Source: Eubacteriales bacterium
GTDB taxonomy: Bacteria > Bacillota > Clostridia > Oscillospirales > CAG-272
Assembly (NCBI GenBank): GCA_045602385.1
Contig: JAZSBL010000025.1
Coordinates: forward strand, 384-64,383
Length of the DNA: 64,000 nt
Direction of reading: 5' to 3'
The position numbers and the translations under genes are program-made. The first letter of the stretch is position 1. Every line of letters starts with the position of its first letter. The notes beneath the pieces are model-generated. The model had not been told where the DNA came from. It worked only from the letters and a program-made list of their open reading frames with translations, and did not search any database. Positions 8,824 through 16,251 of this stretch are shown here, one piece after another.

Positions 8824-9951
8824 TTAATTTGCCGGGTTAACCAGCTCGCGTAGCCACAGGGTTGGGTATCCGACATAGGATATTTTGACGTCGGTAAGTC
8901 CGACGATATCCGATTCGGTCCTGAAGCCTCTGTCCTCGTCCTGATTGAAATCACCCTTGGTATAGTATCTTACCTGACCGTTGATGCGCTCAATCCGAAC
9001 GACTCTGTGAACTATTTTATTTCCACCGTCCTCAAAGACGATGATTTGTCCTTCCTTTATGGGCTGACCCTCATATCTTTCGTAGATGATCGCATCGCCC
9101 TTGTTTATCTCACCCGTCATGCTCTCGGTCGCTATTACTAAAGCTCCGTACCTGAATTGGCAGGAGACTAGCATCGCTATACCCACAAGAGCCGTCACGG
9201 TGATCGCCGTTCCTATCATAGAGAGCTTTTCTCCACTTCTTACGGCATTTTTCTTTTGCTTCTGGTAAAGTGCCGATATAAACGCCATAACCGCTATCGG
9301 CAGGATCAATTTGATACACACTCGAAGTGCATCGGATATTCCCGACTGTGTAGGAAGAAAATAAACATAAAGCGTTGTAATTACCCTGAACGCTATATTG
9401 GGCAGGGGACCGTAGCGCTTTGATACGTAGTGGTAAAGCAGATTACCGCTTATTGCAGGAAATAAGGTCATTCCAACAAGATCCATAAAATCGTTAAAGC
9501 TTGTGATCCCGGCAATACTCGAATATGCAAGCACCTCCGCTGTAACAGAGGAGATAAATGCAATCACGTCTACGATCTTGTTTTTTTGTGCCAAAAGCGC
9601 GTATCTGATTATCTCGACCTCTACGATGATCGCCGCAAGCGGAAGAATTCTCTCGAGTAAGATTCCGAAATTTACGAAATAGGGATTTTGGTAAAAGCCG
9701 AATATCACGCCGGAAAATTGCATCAGTACCGCGTAAACCACCGCAACGGCTGCCATAACCAACAGTACGCCACGCTTGTTAATTGATAGCGCGGCTCTCC
9801 TTTTGATGAGAAATACCGTTAAAAGTGTCATGGGGAGCAGCGCGCACGCCGCGACTATTTTGCTGTTCCCCATGTCAACGAATAATAAGGCGAGGAGGAC
9901 TGCAAATATTATAAAAGAAACGGTATACAGAACCTTTTTATCCTTCGTCAT
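8824..9951 (-). CDS. SipW-like (ER/archaeal-type S26) signal peptidase I fused to an N-terminal polytopic membrane domain
   Basis: C-terminal 115 aa: ATESMTGEINKGDAIIY (catalytic SM), KIVHRVVRI (His box), YYTKGDFNQDED. They are preceded by about 255 aa with roughly 7-8 hydrophobic helices. Confidence 0.75.
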   Translation of the reverse strand: MTKDKKVLYTVSFIIFAVLLALLFVDMGNSKIVAACALLPMTLLTVFLIKRRAALSINKRGVLLVMAAVAVVYAVLMQFSGVIFGFYQNPYFVNFGILLERILPLAAIIVEVEIIRYALLAQKNKIVDVIAFISSVTAEVLAYSSIAGITSFNDFMDLVGMTLFPAISGNLLYHYVSKRYGPLPNIAFRVITTLYVYFLPTQSGISDALRVCIKLILPIAVMAFISALYQKQKKNAVRSGEKLSMIGTAITVTALVGIAMLVSCQFRYGALVIATESMTGEINKGDAIIYERYEGQPIKEGQIIVFEDGGNKIVHRVVRIERINGQVRYYTKGDFNQDEDRGFRTESDIVGLTDVKISYVGYPTLWLRELVNPAN

Positions 9952-10007
9952 CTGCAGCCATCCTTTCTTACCTATACTGTTTGTTTAGCGTTTAAAATCT
10001 CTGCTTA

Positions 10008-10559
10008 TCAGGGGTTGGGAGTTACCGCAACACCTGTTGCCGTGAACTCAACTCTGAAGTTCTGTGTGATTGAAGCGTCCGTTGCAAAGGTCTGGGAGAG
10101 GGTGACCGTTACCGTGAACTGAGCGGTTCCGCCGTTTGCGGGGATTTGGTTGCTTGCATCAAGGCCTGTCCAGGCTCCTGCTACGATAGAAATATTTGCA
10201 TCGTAGTTATCGCCGGTATTTGTGTAGTTGACCGTAGGATTGGTAACTGTTACCGGGAAGTCGTGATCGTTCTTTACCGTGTAAGTAACAACGACCTGGT
10301 CACCCTTGTTTCTGAAGCCGCCGACGTTAAGGTCGATGGACTGGCCGCCGAGAGCCTCCTTGCCATAATTGTTTCCGGATGTGATACCACCCTTTGTCAC
10401 CTGCTCGGATACCGCCGAGAATGTAACTGCGGGAGCGGGAGCTCCAACCGATACGTTACCGCCGATTTCCATGTTTACCGTAAATGCCGCGTAACCGATA
10501 CCGAGCGCGAGTGCTGCAACGAGAAGCAGCGCGATTACTAATGATCTTCTTCTTTTCAT
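10008..10559 (-). CDS. small secreted TasA/camelysin-like protein with a SipW-cognate-type signal (putative major fibre subunit)
   Basis: MKRRRSLVIALLLVAALALGIGYAAFTVNMEIGGNVSVGA resembles the TasA leader/first strand (..GGGTWAAFND...SGTLDLS, recalled). The rest is a beta-rich, Thr/Asn/Val-rich 183-aa protein. RBS AAAGGAG precedes ATG 10559. Confidence 0.55.
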   Translation of the reverse strand: MKRRRSLVIALLLVAALALGIGYAAFTVNMEIGGNVSVGAPAPAVTFSAVSEQVTKGGITSGNNYGKEALGGQSIDLNVGGFRNKGDQVVVTYTVKNDHDFPVTVTNPTVNYTNTGDNYDANISIVAGAWTGLDASNQIPANGGTAQFTVTVTLSQTFATDASITQNFRVEFTATGVAVTPNP

Positions 10560-10655
10560 TGTTTTTTCTCCTTTGGAAAAAATATTTTTTTGTTTTTGAG
10601 GCGTTCCCTAACCGCCTTTTTGCCCAAAACCCACTATTTTGGGCTTTGTAGGCAC

Positions 10656-10688
10656 ATTTTAACATTCCATGACTACAGCTTGACTACA
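10656..10688 (-). promoter_or_regulatory. candidate activator-dependent promoter of the fibre operon: two 11-bp-phased direct repeats plus an extended -10
   Basis: Minus strand reads TGTAGTCA-agc-TGTAGTCA-tggaa-TG-t-TAAAAT. Repeats sit at 10681-10688 and 10670-10677, the TG at 10663-10664 and the -10 at 10656-10661. There is no good -35, and the proximal repeat ends 8 nt from the -10. Confidence 0.45.
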
Positions 10689-10758
10689 AAACTGAAAAAT
10701 TTTTTAAAAAATATTTTTTGGGGCAAGAAATTTGTAAAAAAATCCCCCGCGAGAGCTT

Positions 10759-10988
10759 CAAATTTTGATTTGTCGGGATGTTGTAAATTGAAACAGGGCA
10801 TCCTCATCCACCACTGCGTGGTCCCCCTTCCCCTGCCTTGGGGAAGGCTTTGGTTTAACTGCGGCGAATATATATTTGTAGCCGTGAAAATAATTTTACT
10901 GTCTGTAAATTTTGAATGGCTTCCGCTTTGCGTATGCCTTCCCCAAGGCAGGGGAAGGGGGACCGCGTTCCGCGGTGGATGAGGATGC
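10759..10988. repeat. mosaic REP-like intergenic element containing a 51-bp imperfect inverted repeat
   Basis: Left arm 10799-10849 gcatcctcatccaccactgcgtggtcccccttcccctgccttggggaaggc. Right arm 10936-10988 is its reverse complement except in the central roughly 12 nt. Each arm has an internal ccttcccc/ggggaagg hairpin, and the arms are 86 bp apart. Module 10759-10776 is shared with 21705-21722. Confidence 0.7.
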
Positions 10989-11075
10989 ACGGTTTAATCG
11001 GCGCAAGGCGGATTTCTGTAATAATTTACTGCTGTGAATCCCCCTATAAATCACAATTGATTTATTCGTGTATAT

Positions 11076-11103
11076 ACAAAAACGGGCGGCTTTCGCCGTC
11101 CGT
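11076..11103 (-). terminator. intrinsic terminator after the response regulator gene
   Basis: Minus strand: acggacggc-gaaa-gccgcccgt with one mismatch, followed by tttttgt; 17 nt after the stop at 11120. Confidence 0.65.
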
Positions 11104-11119
11104 TTTCCTTTTTATTATA

Positions 11120-11923
11120 TTATTTGATTTTGGAAAGCTGATTTTCAAGGTAGCCTACCGTAAACTCAGCCCAGGAGTACGCTCCCATATACTGTCCCGT
11201 AAATGAATTAATAGCGCGGGTATCTCCCTCAAGGAAGCGGTAGTAGTCGCAATCCACTATTTTCGTGTTTACAAGTATTCCCTGCCTGCTCTTCAATATG
11301 AGATCCTTTACGTCAACTCCGTGCAAGGTCTTTACAAGGCTTGCAATATAAACCTGCAAATTCTTCTGCTTGGTTCTGTCGTATTCCTCATCCTCCCAAA
11401 GCATTGCCGCAAGCTCGGGGTAGGTTGCCGACGTTCCTCGCTTGTCCACAAGATAGGCAAGTATCTCCTTGGCCTGCTTGCGCTCGAATTTAAGCGGCGC
11501 GCCGTCCACGAACACGTCAAAGTTGCCAAAGGTGAGTATTTTTATCCTCTTTTCGGGGCTCCACTCTATCGGGTGGCGGAGGTTTTCAAGCTCGTTTTTA
11601 ACCGCCGCGGGCGTAACCGGCTTTAATATGTATCCCGAAAGACGGAGATCTATTCCCTCCTTCATATACTCGGAAAATCCCGTTGCAAATATTATATTTA
11701 TTTTCGGGTTTATCATTTTAAGCTCGCGCGCAAGCTCGATGCCGCTCATTTCGGGCATGTGTATGTCCAAAAAGGCAACGTCCATTTTATTCTCTCGCGC
11801 AACCAAAAGCGCAGACGCAACGTCACGGCACGGAAACACTTTTGCTCCCGTTGCAACCTCTGAAAGCGCGCTTTTCATAAGCTCCAGCGCAAAATATTCG
11901 TCGTCAACAGTTAAAATGTTCAT
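11120..11923 (-). CDS. response regulator, REC plus winged-helix/BTAD (SARP-type, COG3947-like)
   Basis: REC domain: MNILTVDDEYFALELM...DVAFLDIHMPEMSGIELA. Output domain: ILTFGNFDVFVDGAPLKFERKQAKEILAYLV...DCDYYRFLEGD. ATG 11923 overlaps the kinase stop (ATGA). Confidence 0.8.
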   Translation of the reverse strand: MNILTVDDEYFALELMKSALSEVATGAKVFPCRDVASALLVARENKMDVAFLDIHMPEMSGIELARELKMINPKINIIFATGFSEYMKEGIDLRLSGYILKPVTPAAVKNELENLRHPIEWSPEKRIKILTFGNFDVFVDGAPLKFERKQAKEILAYLVDKRGTSATYPELAAMLWEDEEYDRTKQKNLQVYIASLVKTLHGVDVKDLILKSRQGILVNTKIVDCDYYRFLEGDTRAINSFTGQYMGAYSWAEFTVGYLENQLSKIK

Positions 11924-13200
11924 TCCCGTCTCCCTTGCTCGCACGGAATCTCGATCGTAACGCGTGTTCCAACGCCAAACGTGCTCTTGATGCTGAGCTT
12001 GCCCTTACAGATGCGGCGTATTCTGCTACGCACGTTGTCAAGTCCTATGTGTCCCTGCTTATTTGACTCAAACGCCTCGACGTCAAAGCCGACTCCGTCA
12101 TCTATAATTTCCACAATATATTTTTCCTCTTTTATATACGTGGATATTTTAAGCGTTCCGCCCTCCGATCTCTTGGTAATTCCGTGTTTTACCGCGTTTT
12201 CAACTATCGGCTGCACAGAAAGCGGGGGGATAAAGAAATCCTTGCAATCAACAGAGTAAATTATATTAAGCTTTTCCCTGAATCTCGCCTTCTCTATTTT
12301 AAGATAGCATTCAACGTGCTCAAGCTCCTTCTGAAAAGGTATGCGCTGCTCGCTTGAAAGCGCGTCGATATTACTGCGAAGGTAACGCGCAAAGTCGATT
12401 GTCAGATTCTTTGCCTGCTTAGGTGATACGTCACACATTGCCGCAATTGCGGAGAGAGTATTATAGGTGAAGTGGGGGTTTATCTGCGAGAGCATTAACG
12501 CGCTCTTCTGCTCCTCTATAAGCCTCTGCTTTTCCAGATATATGTTTGTATAAAGCACAAGCATGCTTATAACAATACTTACATACGTCAAGGATATGCC
12601 ATGAATCGAATAATCCGCAATAATTCCCGCCAGGGGCAACAGGGCGTATATAATAAATGCTACACGATTGCTTCTTGAAGACGTCTTGGCAAAGATCGCC
12701 AAAAGCACAATAGCCGCAAAGGACGTTATCGAAAACGCGAAATGCAAAAGCACCATCACGGTATTCTCACTATGCACGTAATGCCCATTGGAGCTGACAA
12801 CGAACGAATAGCCAAAGAACGCGTTTCCAATCGCAAAAAGAACCGAGAGCACGCAAAAAACACTAAATACGTTTAGCGTGAATGCAGCGCCCCGACTATT
12901 GGTGTAAAGATTTATACGAAGGTATCTCATAAAGCAGATTGTCGCGATCTGCCCGGCGCAGGATGCTATGGTGTTGGATATAATTGTCGCCATGGCAAGC
13001 TCCGTTTGTCCCTCGCAAATCCAGCTCACCGTATCCGCCATCAGCGCGAGCATTACAAATCCAAGCAATATGATAAAGCTCTTAGTTCCCGATCTTTGCT
13101 TTAACCATTCACCAAAGCATGCCGAAAAAATAATGGCAATGACTATAAATCCAAAAAAATTCAAGGCTATGTTTACGTAAGCTAATTCTATCCTTGGCAT
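11920..13200 (-). CDS. sensor histidine kinase, LytS/YehU-type (His_kinase plus HATPase_c) with a 6-TM sensor
   Basis: LSQINPHFTYNTLSAIAAM (PF06580-type H box), PLSVQPIVENAVKHG (N box), DDGVGF, GIGLDNV. Start set at ATG 13200 behind AAGGGGGAG. Confidence 0.8.
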   Translation of the reverse strand: MPRIELAYVNIALNFFGFIVIAIIFSACFGEWLKQRSGTKSFIILLGFVMLALMADTVSWICEGQTELAMATIISNTIASCAGQIATICFMRYLRINLYTNSRGAAFTLNVFSVFCVLSVLFAIGNAFFGYSFVVSSNGHYVHSENTVMVLLHFAFSITSFAAIVLLAIFAKTSSRSNRVAFIIYALLPLAGIIADYSIHGISLTYVSIVISMLVLYTNIYLEKQRLIEEQKSALMLSQINPHFTYNTLSAIAAMCDVSPKQAKNLTIDFARYLRSNIDALSSEQRIPFQKELEHVECYLKIEKARFREKLNIIYSVDCKDFFIPPLSVQPIVENAVKHGITKRSEGGTLKISTYIKEEKYIVEIIDDGVGFDVEAFESNKQGHIGLDNVRSRIRRICKGKLSIKSTFGVGTRVTIEIPCEQGRRE

Positions 13201-13279
13201 GCCACTCCCCCTTATATTTGCCGTGACCGCCGGACCTCCCGCCAAGCCAGGGCGCATTGCAATGTACCTTCTATATTAC

Positions 13280-13308
13280 ATTATAATACATATCCTCCGT
13301 TTTTTCAA
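13280..13308 (-). promoter_or_regulatory. sigma-A-type promoter of the kinase/regulator operon
   Basis: Minus strand: TTGAAA (13308-13303), 17-nt spacer, TATAAT (13285-13280). Confidence 0.55.
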
Positions 13309-13352
13309 TATTTTGCGGCAATTTTTTCCTGATACTCCTTTACACCGCACAA

Positions 13353-13390
13353 GAAAAGCAGGCGCGACAGCTATGTCGCGCCTGCTTTTA
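13353..13390 (-). terminator. intrinsic terminator after the ACP gene
   Basis: Perfect 11-bp stem gcaggcgcgac (13358-13368) with gtcgcgcctgc (13375-13385), flanked by A- and T-runs. Confidence 0.75.
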
Positions 13391-13393
13391 CCC

Positions 13394-13609
13394 TTATTTC
13401 AGTGTTTCAATGTAAGCCGCAAGCTTTGCGGGTGTATTGTATGCGGGAGTGATGTCTATCTCCGCATCGACCTCGTTTTCAAGCTGAAGCACAAGCTCCG
13501 CAAGATCAAGAGAATCAAGTCCCATCTCCATAAACGTCTGGTCGGGGGTGTATTCGGACACTTCCTTTTCCTGATATTCTGCGATTATTTCTATTATCTG
13601 TTCTACCAT
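13394..13609 (-). CDS. acyl carrier protein (stand-alone)
   Basis: MVEQIIEIIAEY...FMEMGLDSLDLAELVLQLENE carries the DSL phosphopantetheine-attachment motif. Start moved to ATG 13609, giving about 71 aa. Confidence 0.75.
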   Translation of the reverse strand: MVEQIIEIIAEYQEKEVSEYTPDQTFMEMGLDSLDLAELVLQLENEVDAEIDITPAYNTPAKLAAYIETLK

Positions 13610-13697
13610 GCGTTTTTTCCTGCCTTCATTAAGTTTTTGCGGCACGAGCCGATAGTTAATTATAACATTTTGTGCCTAACTTGTCAACCTTTTATTT

Positions 13698-15185
13698 TTA
13701 GCCGATCTCTTGGCTTGTCTTAAGCGTTACCCTTGCAGTCTTATATTCTCCGTCCCTATAATAGGTGATCTCTACCTGATCACCGCCATTGAACGCGTTT
13801 ACAACGTCCATAACGTCGTATATGATCGCAACCGGCTTGCCGTTGACCTCGGTAATAATATCATTTACCTTTAGATAATTCGCGGCGTCAGAGCCCTCGC
13901 TTATCGCGCTTACATACACACCCGTCACGGCTGCATAGAAGGTGTTCTTGGGGTGGGTCAGCGCATACGCTTCGTCGACCTCCTCGATGGCGCTCTGCCC
14001 GTTACTTGTGACGTTCTTGTAGTAGGTCTTTTCCTTAACTCCCACTCCTGTTATGCCAAGCAGGGGGCGAGGCATATAGATGCCGGAGCTTACGTTGTCG
14101 GCGCTGCCTGTCTGCATTATCGCCATTACGTCAATAAGCACTCCGTCTGCAGGGAGAGCAAAGCCCATTCCCGCACTGTCACTGCGCTTGAGTGTTATGA
14201 TTCCTATGATCTCTCCGCGTGCGTTGATGAGAGGTCCGCCCGAATTTCCCGGATTTACCGGGGCATCGGTCTGAACAACGTTCATTTTCTTTTCAAGCAC
14301 GCCGTCATCACCGTAAAACATAAGCTGACGGTTCGGACTTGATACGATTCCCGTTGTTACGCTCCATGCAAATTCCGCGCCCTCGGGGTTTCCAACGGCA
14401 TATACCTTCTCGCCATATCTGACGTCGCTTGACTTTGCAAAGGTCGCCGCGCGCAAGCCATCGCGCTCTATCTTAAGCACCGCTATGTCGTCGTTTACGT
14501 GATATCCGACTACCGCAGCATCTACCGCCACATCCTCTCCGTAAAGCTGGACGGTAACGGCATCCGCGTTTTCTATTACGTGGTAATTTGTGACAATGTA
14601 GCCGTCCTCTGTAATTATCGCGCCCGATCCCGTGCTTATCGAAAGATTGCTTCTGGCTTGTATAAGCACGACCGAATTCATAAAATCCGCGAGGAGATCC
14701 GCTGACGCCTCGGTATCGGGCTGCGTACTGCCAATATTTGATACGGTTACGTTGGTCGTGTTGTTCGCTCCGGGCTTTGCCGCGTTTGCGCCGTTTACCG
14801 CGGGAAAAAATCCAAGCAAAACCGAAAGCGCAAAGGCTACGAGCAACACGATTGAGCCGGCAGAAAGAATAGAGGAAACCAATAGTGCTTTACTCTTTTT
14901 CTCCTTGCTTCGGGGCGGCTCGTGACAAGCAGATTGTCCGATTGTCCCATTTTCCGCCGCGCCTTCTTCCTTGGCGCCCGACTCTGTGTCACCCGACTCC
15001 GTTTCCGCTGTCTCTTCCTCGGTCTGTTTCTCAGACCGGTTTTCAGACTGCTCCTCGGGTTTATCCTCAGATTGCCCCTCAGGCTTTTCCTCGGGCCGCT
15101 CTTCCTCACGCCAGCCCCAACTGAAGGCCTTTACGTCCTCCTGTGAGTCTTCTCCGTTTATATTGTTATTTTCGTTATCGATCAT
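13698..15185 (-). CDS. HtrA/DegP-family serine protease with an acidic N-terminal tail, one TM and a C-terminal PDZ
   Basis: Catalytic motifs TNYHVI (His), DIAVLKI (Asp) and GNSGGPLIN (Ser). PDZ-like C-terminus GVYVSAISEGSDAA...ITEVNGKPV. Confidence 0.85.
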   Translation of the reverse strand: MIDNENNNINGEDSQEDVKAFSWGWREEERPEEKPEGQSEDKPEEQSENRSEKQTEEETAETESGDTESGAKEEGAAENGTIGQSACHEPPRSKEKKSKALLVSSILSAGSIVLLVAFALSVLLGFFPAVNGANAAKPGANNTTNVTVSNIGSTQPDTEASADLLADFMNSVVLIQARSNLSISTGSGAIITEDGYIVTNYHVIENADAVTVQLYGEDVAVDAAVVGYHVNDDIAVLKIERDGLRAATFAKSSDVRYGEKVYAVGNPEGAEFAWSVTTGIVSSPNRQLMFYGDDGVLEKKMNVVQTDAPVNPGNSGGPLINARGEIIGIITLKRSDSAGMGFALPADGVLIDVMAIMQTGSADNVSSGIYMPRPLLGITGVGVKEKTYYKNVTSNGQSAIEEVDEAYALTHPKNTFYAAVTGVYVSAISEGSDAANYLKVNDIITEVNGKPVAIIYDVMDVVNAFNGGDQVEITYYRDGEYKTARVTLKTSQEIG

Positions 15186-15263
15186 AAATGCTTCTCCAAA
15201 AAACTTGATATATCAAGTATACGCCAACTATGAAAGTCGGCGTACTTGAAATGTCATAAAAAT

Positions 15264-15953
15264 TCAGTTGAGTATCTCGAACTTGTAGCCAACGCCCCAA
15301 ACAGTCTTGATCACCCACTTGTCAGACACGTTATCAAGCTTCTCGCGAAGTCTCTTGATATGTACGTCGACAGTTCTGGAGTCGCCAAGATAGTCAAAGC
15401 CCCAAACCTTGTCAAGAAGCTGATCGCGTGTGAATACGCGGTTATAGTTCGACGCAAGGAAGTAAAGAAGCTCCAGCTCCTTGGGGGGGATATCCACGCT
15501 CTTGCCCTTAAGCTTAAGTTCATATTTCTCATGGCTTATCTCGATATTTTCGAATCTGATAACCTCGTCGTCAGACTGAGGCATGCTTGCTCTGCAACGG
15601 CGAAGCACCGCCTTGATCCTTGCGGAAAGCTCCTTGTTATCGATGGGCTTTACCATGTAATCATCTGCGCCAAGCTCAAGGCCAAGCACCTTGTCAAACA
15701 CGTCTCCCTTTGTGCTGATCATAATGATCGGCTTCTGCGAGCTCTCACGGATCTCGCGGCAGACCTGCCAGCCATCCTTTTTGGGAAGCGTGATATCAAG
15801 TACGGTGATGTCAGGATCATACATCTTGAAAAAGCTGATTCCTTCGCTTCCGTCACACGCGACCTTAACGTCGTAGCCCTCGGACTCAAAAAAAGCTCTT
15901 ATCGGCTCGGATATCGACACCTCGTCCTCAATGACCAAAATTTTAGTTTCCAT
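15264..15953 (-). CDS. OmpR-family response regulator (no adjacent kinase)
   Basis: METKILVIEDE...ITVLDITLPKKDGWQVCREIR is the REC domain. IPPKELELLYFLASN...VDVHIKRLREKL...TVWGVGYKF is the winged helix. Start set at ATG 15953. Confidence 0.85.
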   Translation of the reverse strand: METKILVIEDEVSISEPIRAFFESEGYDVKVACDGSEGISFFKMYDPDITVLDITLPKKDGWQVCREIRESSQKPIIMISTKGDVFDKVLGLELGADDYMVKPIDNKELSARIKAVLRRCRASMPQSDDEVIRFENIEISHEKYELKLKGKSVDIPPKELELLYFLASNYNRVFTRDQLLDKVWGFDYLGDSRTVDVHIKRLREKLDNVSDKWVIKTVWGVGYKFEILN

Positions 15954-16251
15954 TATATTTAAGTCTCCGTTCCGCCGCAATGCGGCTCTTTGCTATTCTT
16001 TATTCTAAACTTCCTTTTGGAAATTTGTGTGATTGCAAGTTGAATTCTTAACGAAATTTGCCGAAAAAATTAACCGCGTTAAATTTGCGGTCACACGGAA
16101 TTCGCAGTATATTTATCTTGCGTTAATAATTATAACACAAAAAACACGATTTGTACAGTGATTTTGAAAAAATTTTGAGTAATTTTTTAACACATTTAGA
16201 ATTGAGTCACACAAAGGCAACATTTATATGCCAAAATAAACAAAATGTGAA

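Noticed and set aside
10799-10988. Idea that the 51-bp inverted repeats delimit an invertible promoter (phase-variable inverton) for the fibre operon
   Set aside because: The best promoter candidate lies outside, about 110 nt downstream of the repeats. I see no convincing -35/-10 pair inside the 86-bp core and no recombinase in the window. A similar repeat architecture occurs between convergent genes at 21.5 kb. Only read-orientation data could revive the idea.
10590-10990. ORFs 10590..10982 (+), 10673..10990 (-) and 10916..11206 (+), plus 21363..21929 (+)
   Set aside because: They are read-throughs of inverted-repeat elements. The same PLPLPWGR peptide appears on both strands, and none has an RBS or protein-like composition.
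15483-15489. G7 homopolymer inside the OmpR regulator gene, and G7 at 26865-26871 just upstream of the XRE-TM -35, as phase-variation tracts
   Set aside because: Seven residues is below the length at which slippage is usually significant. Both genes are in frame and there is no supporting evidence.
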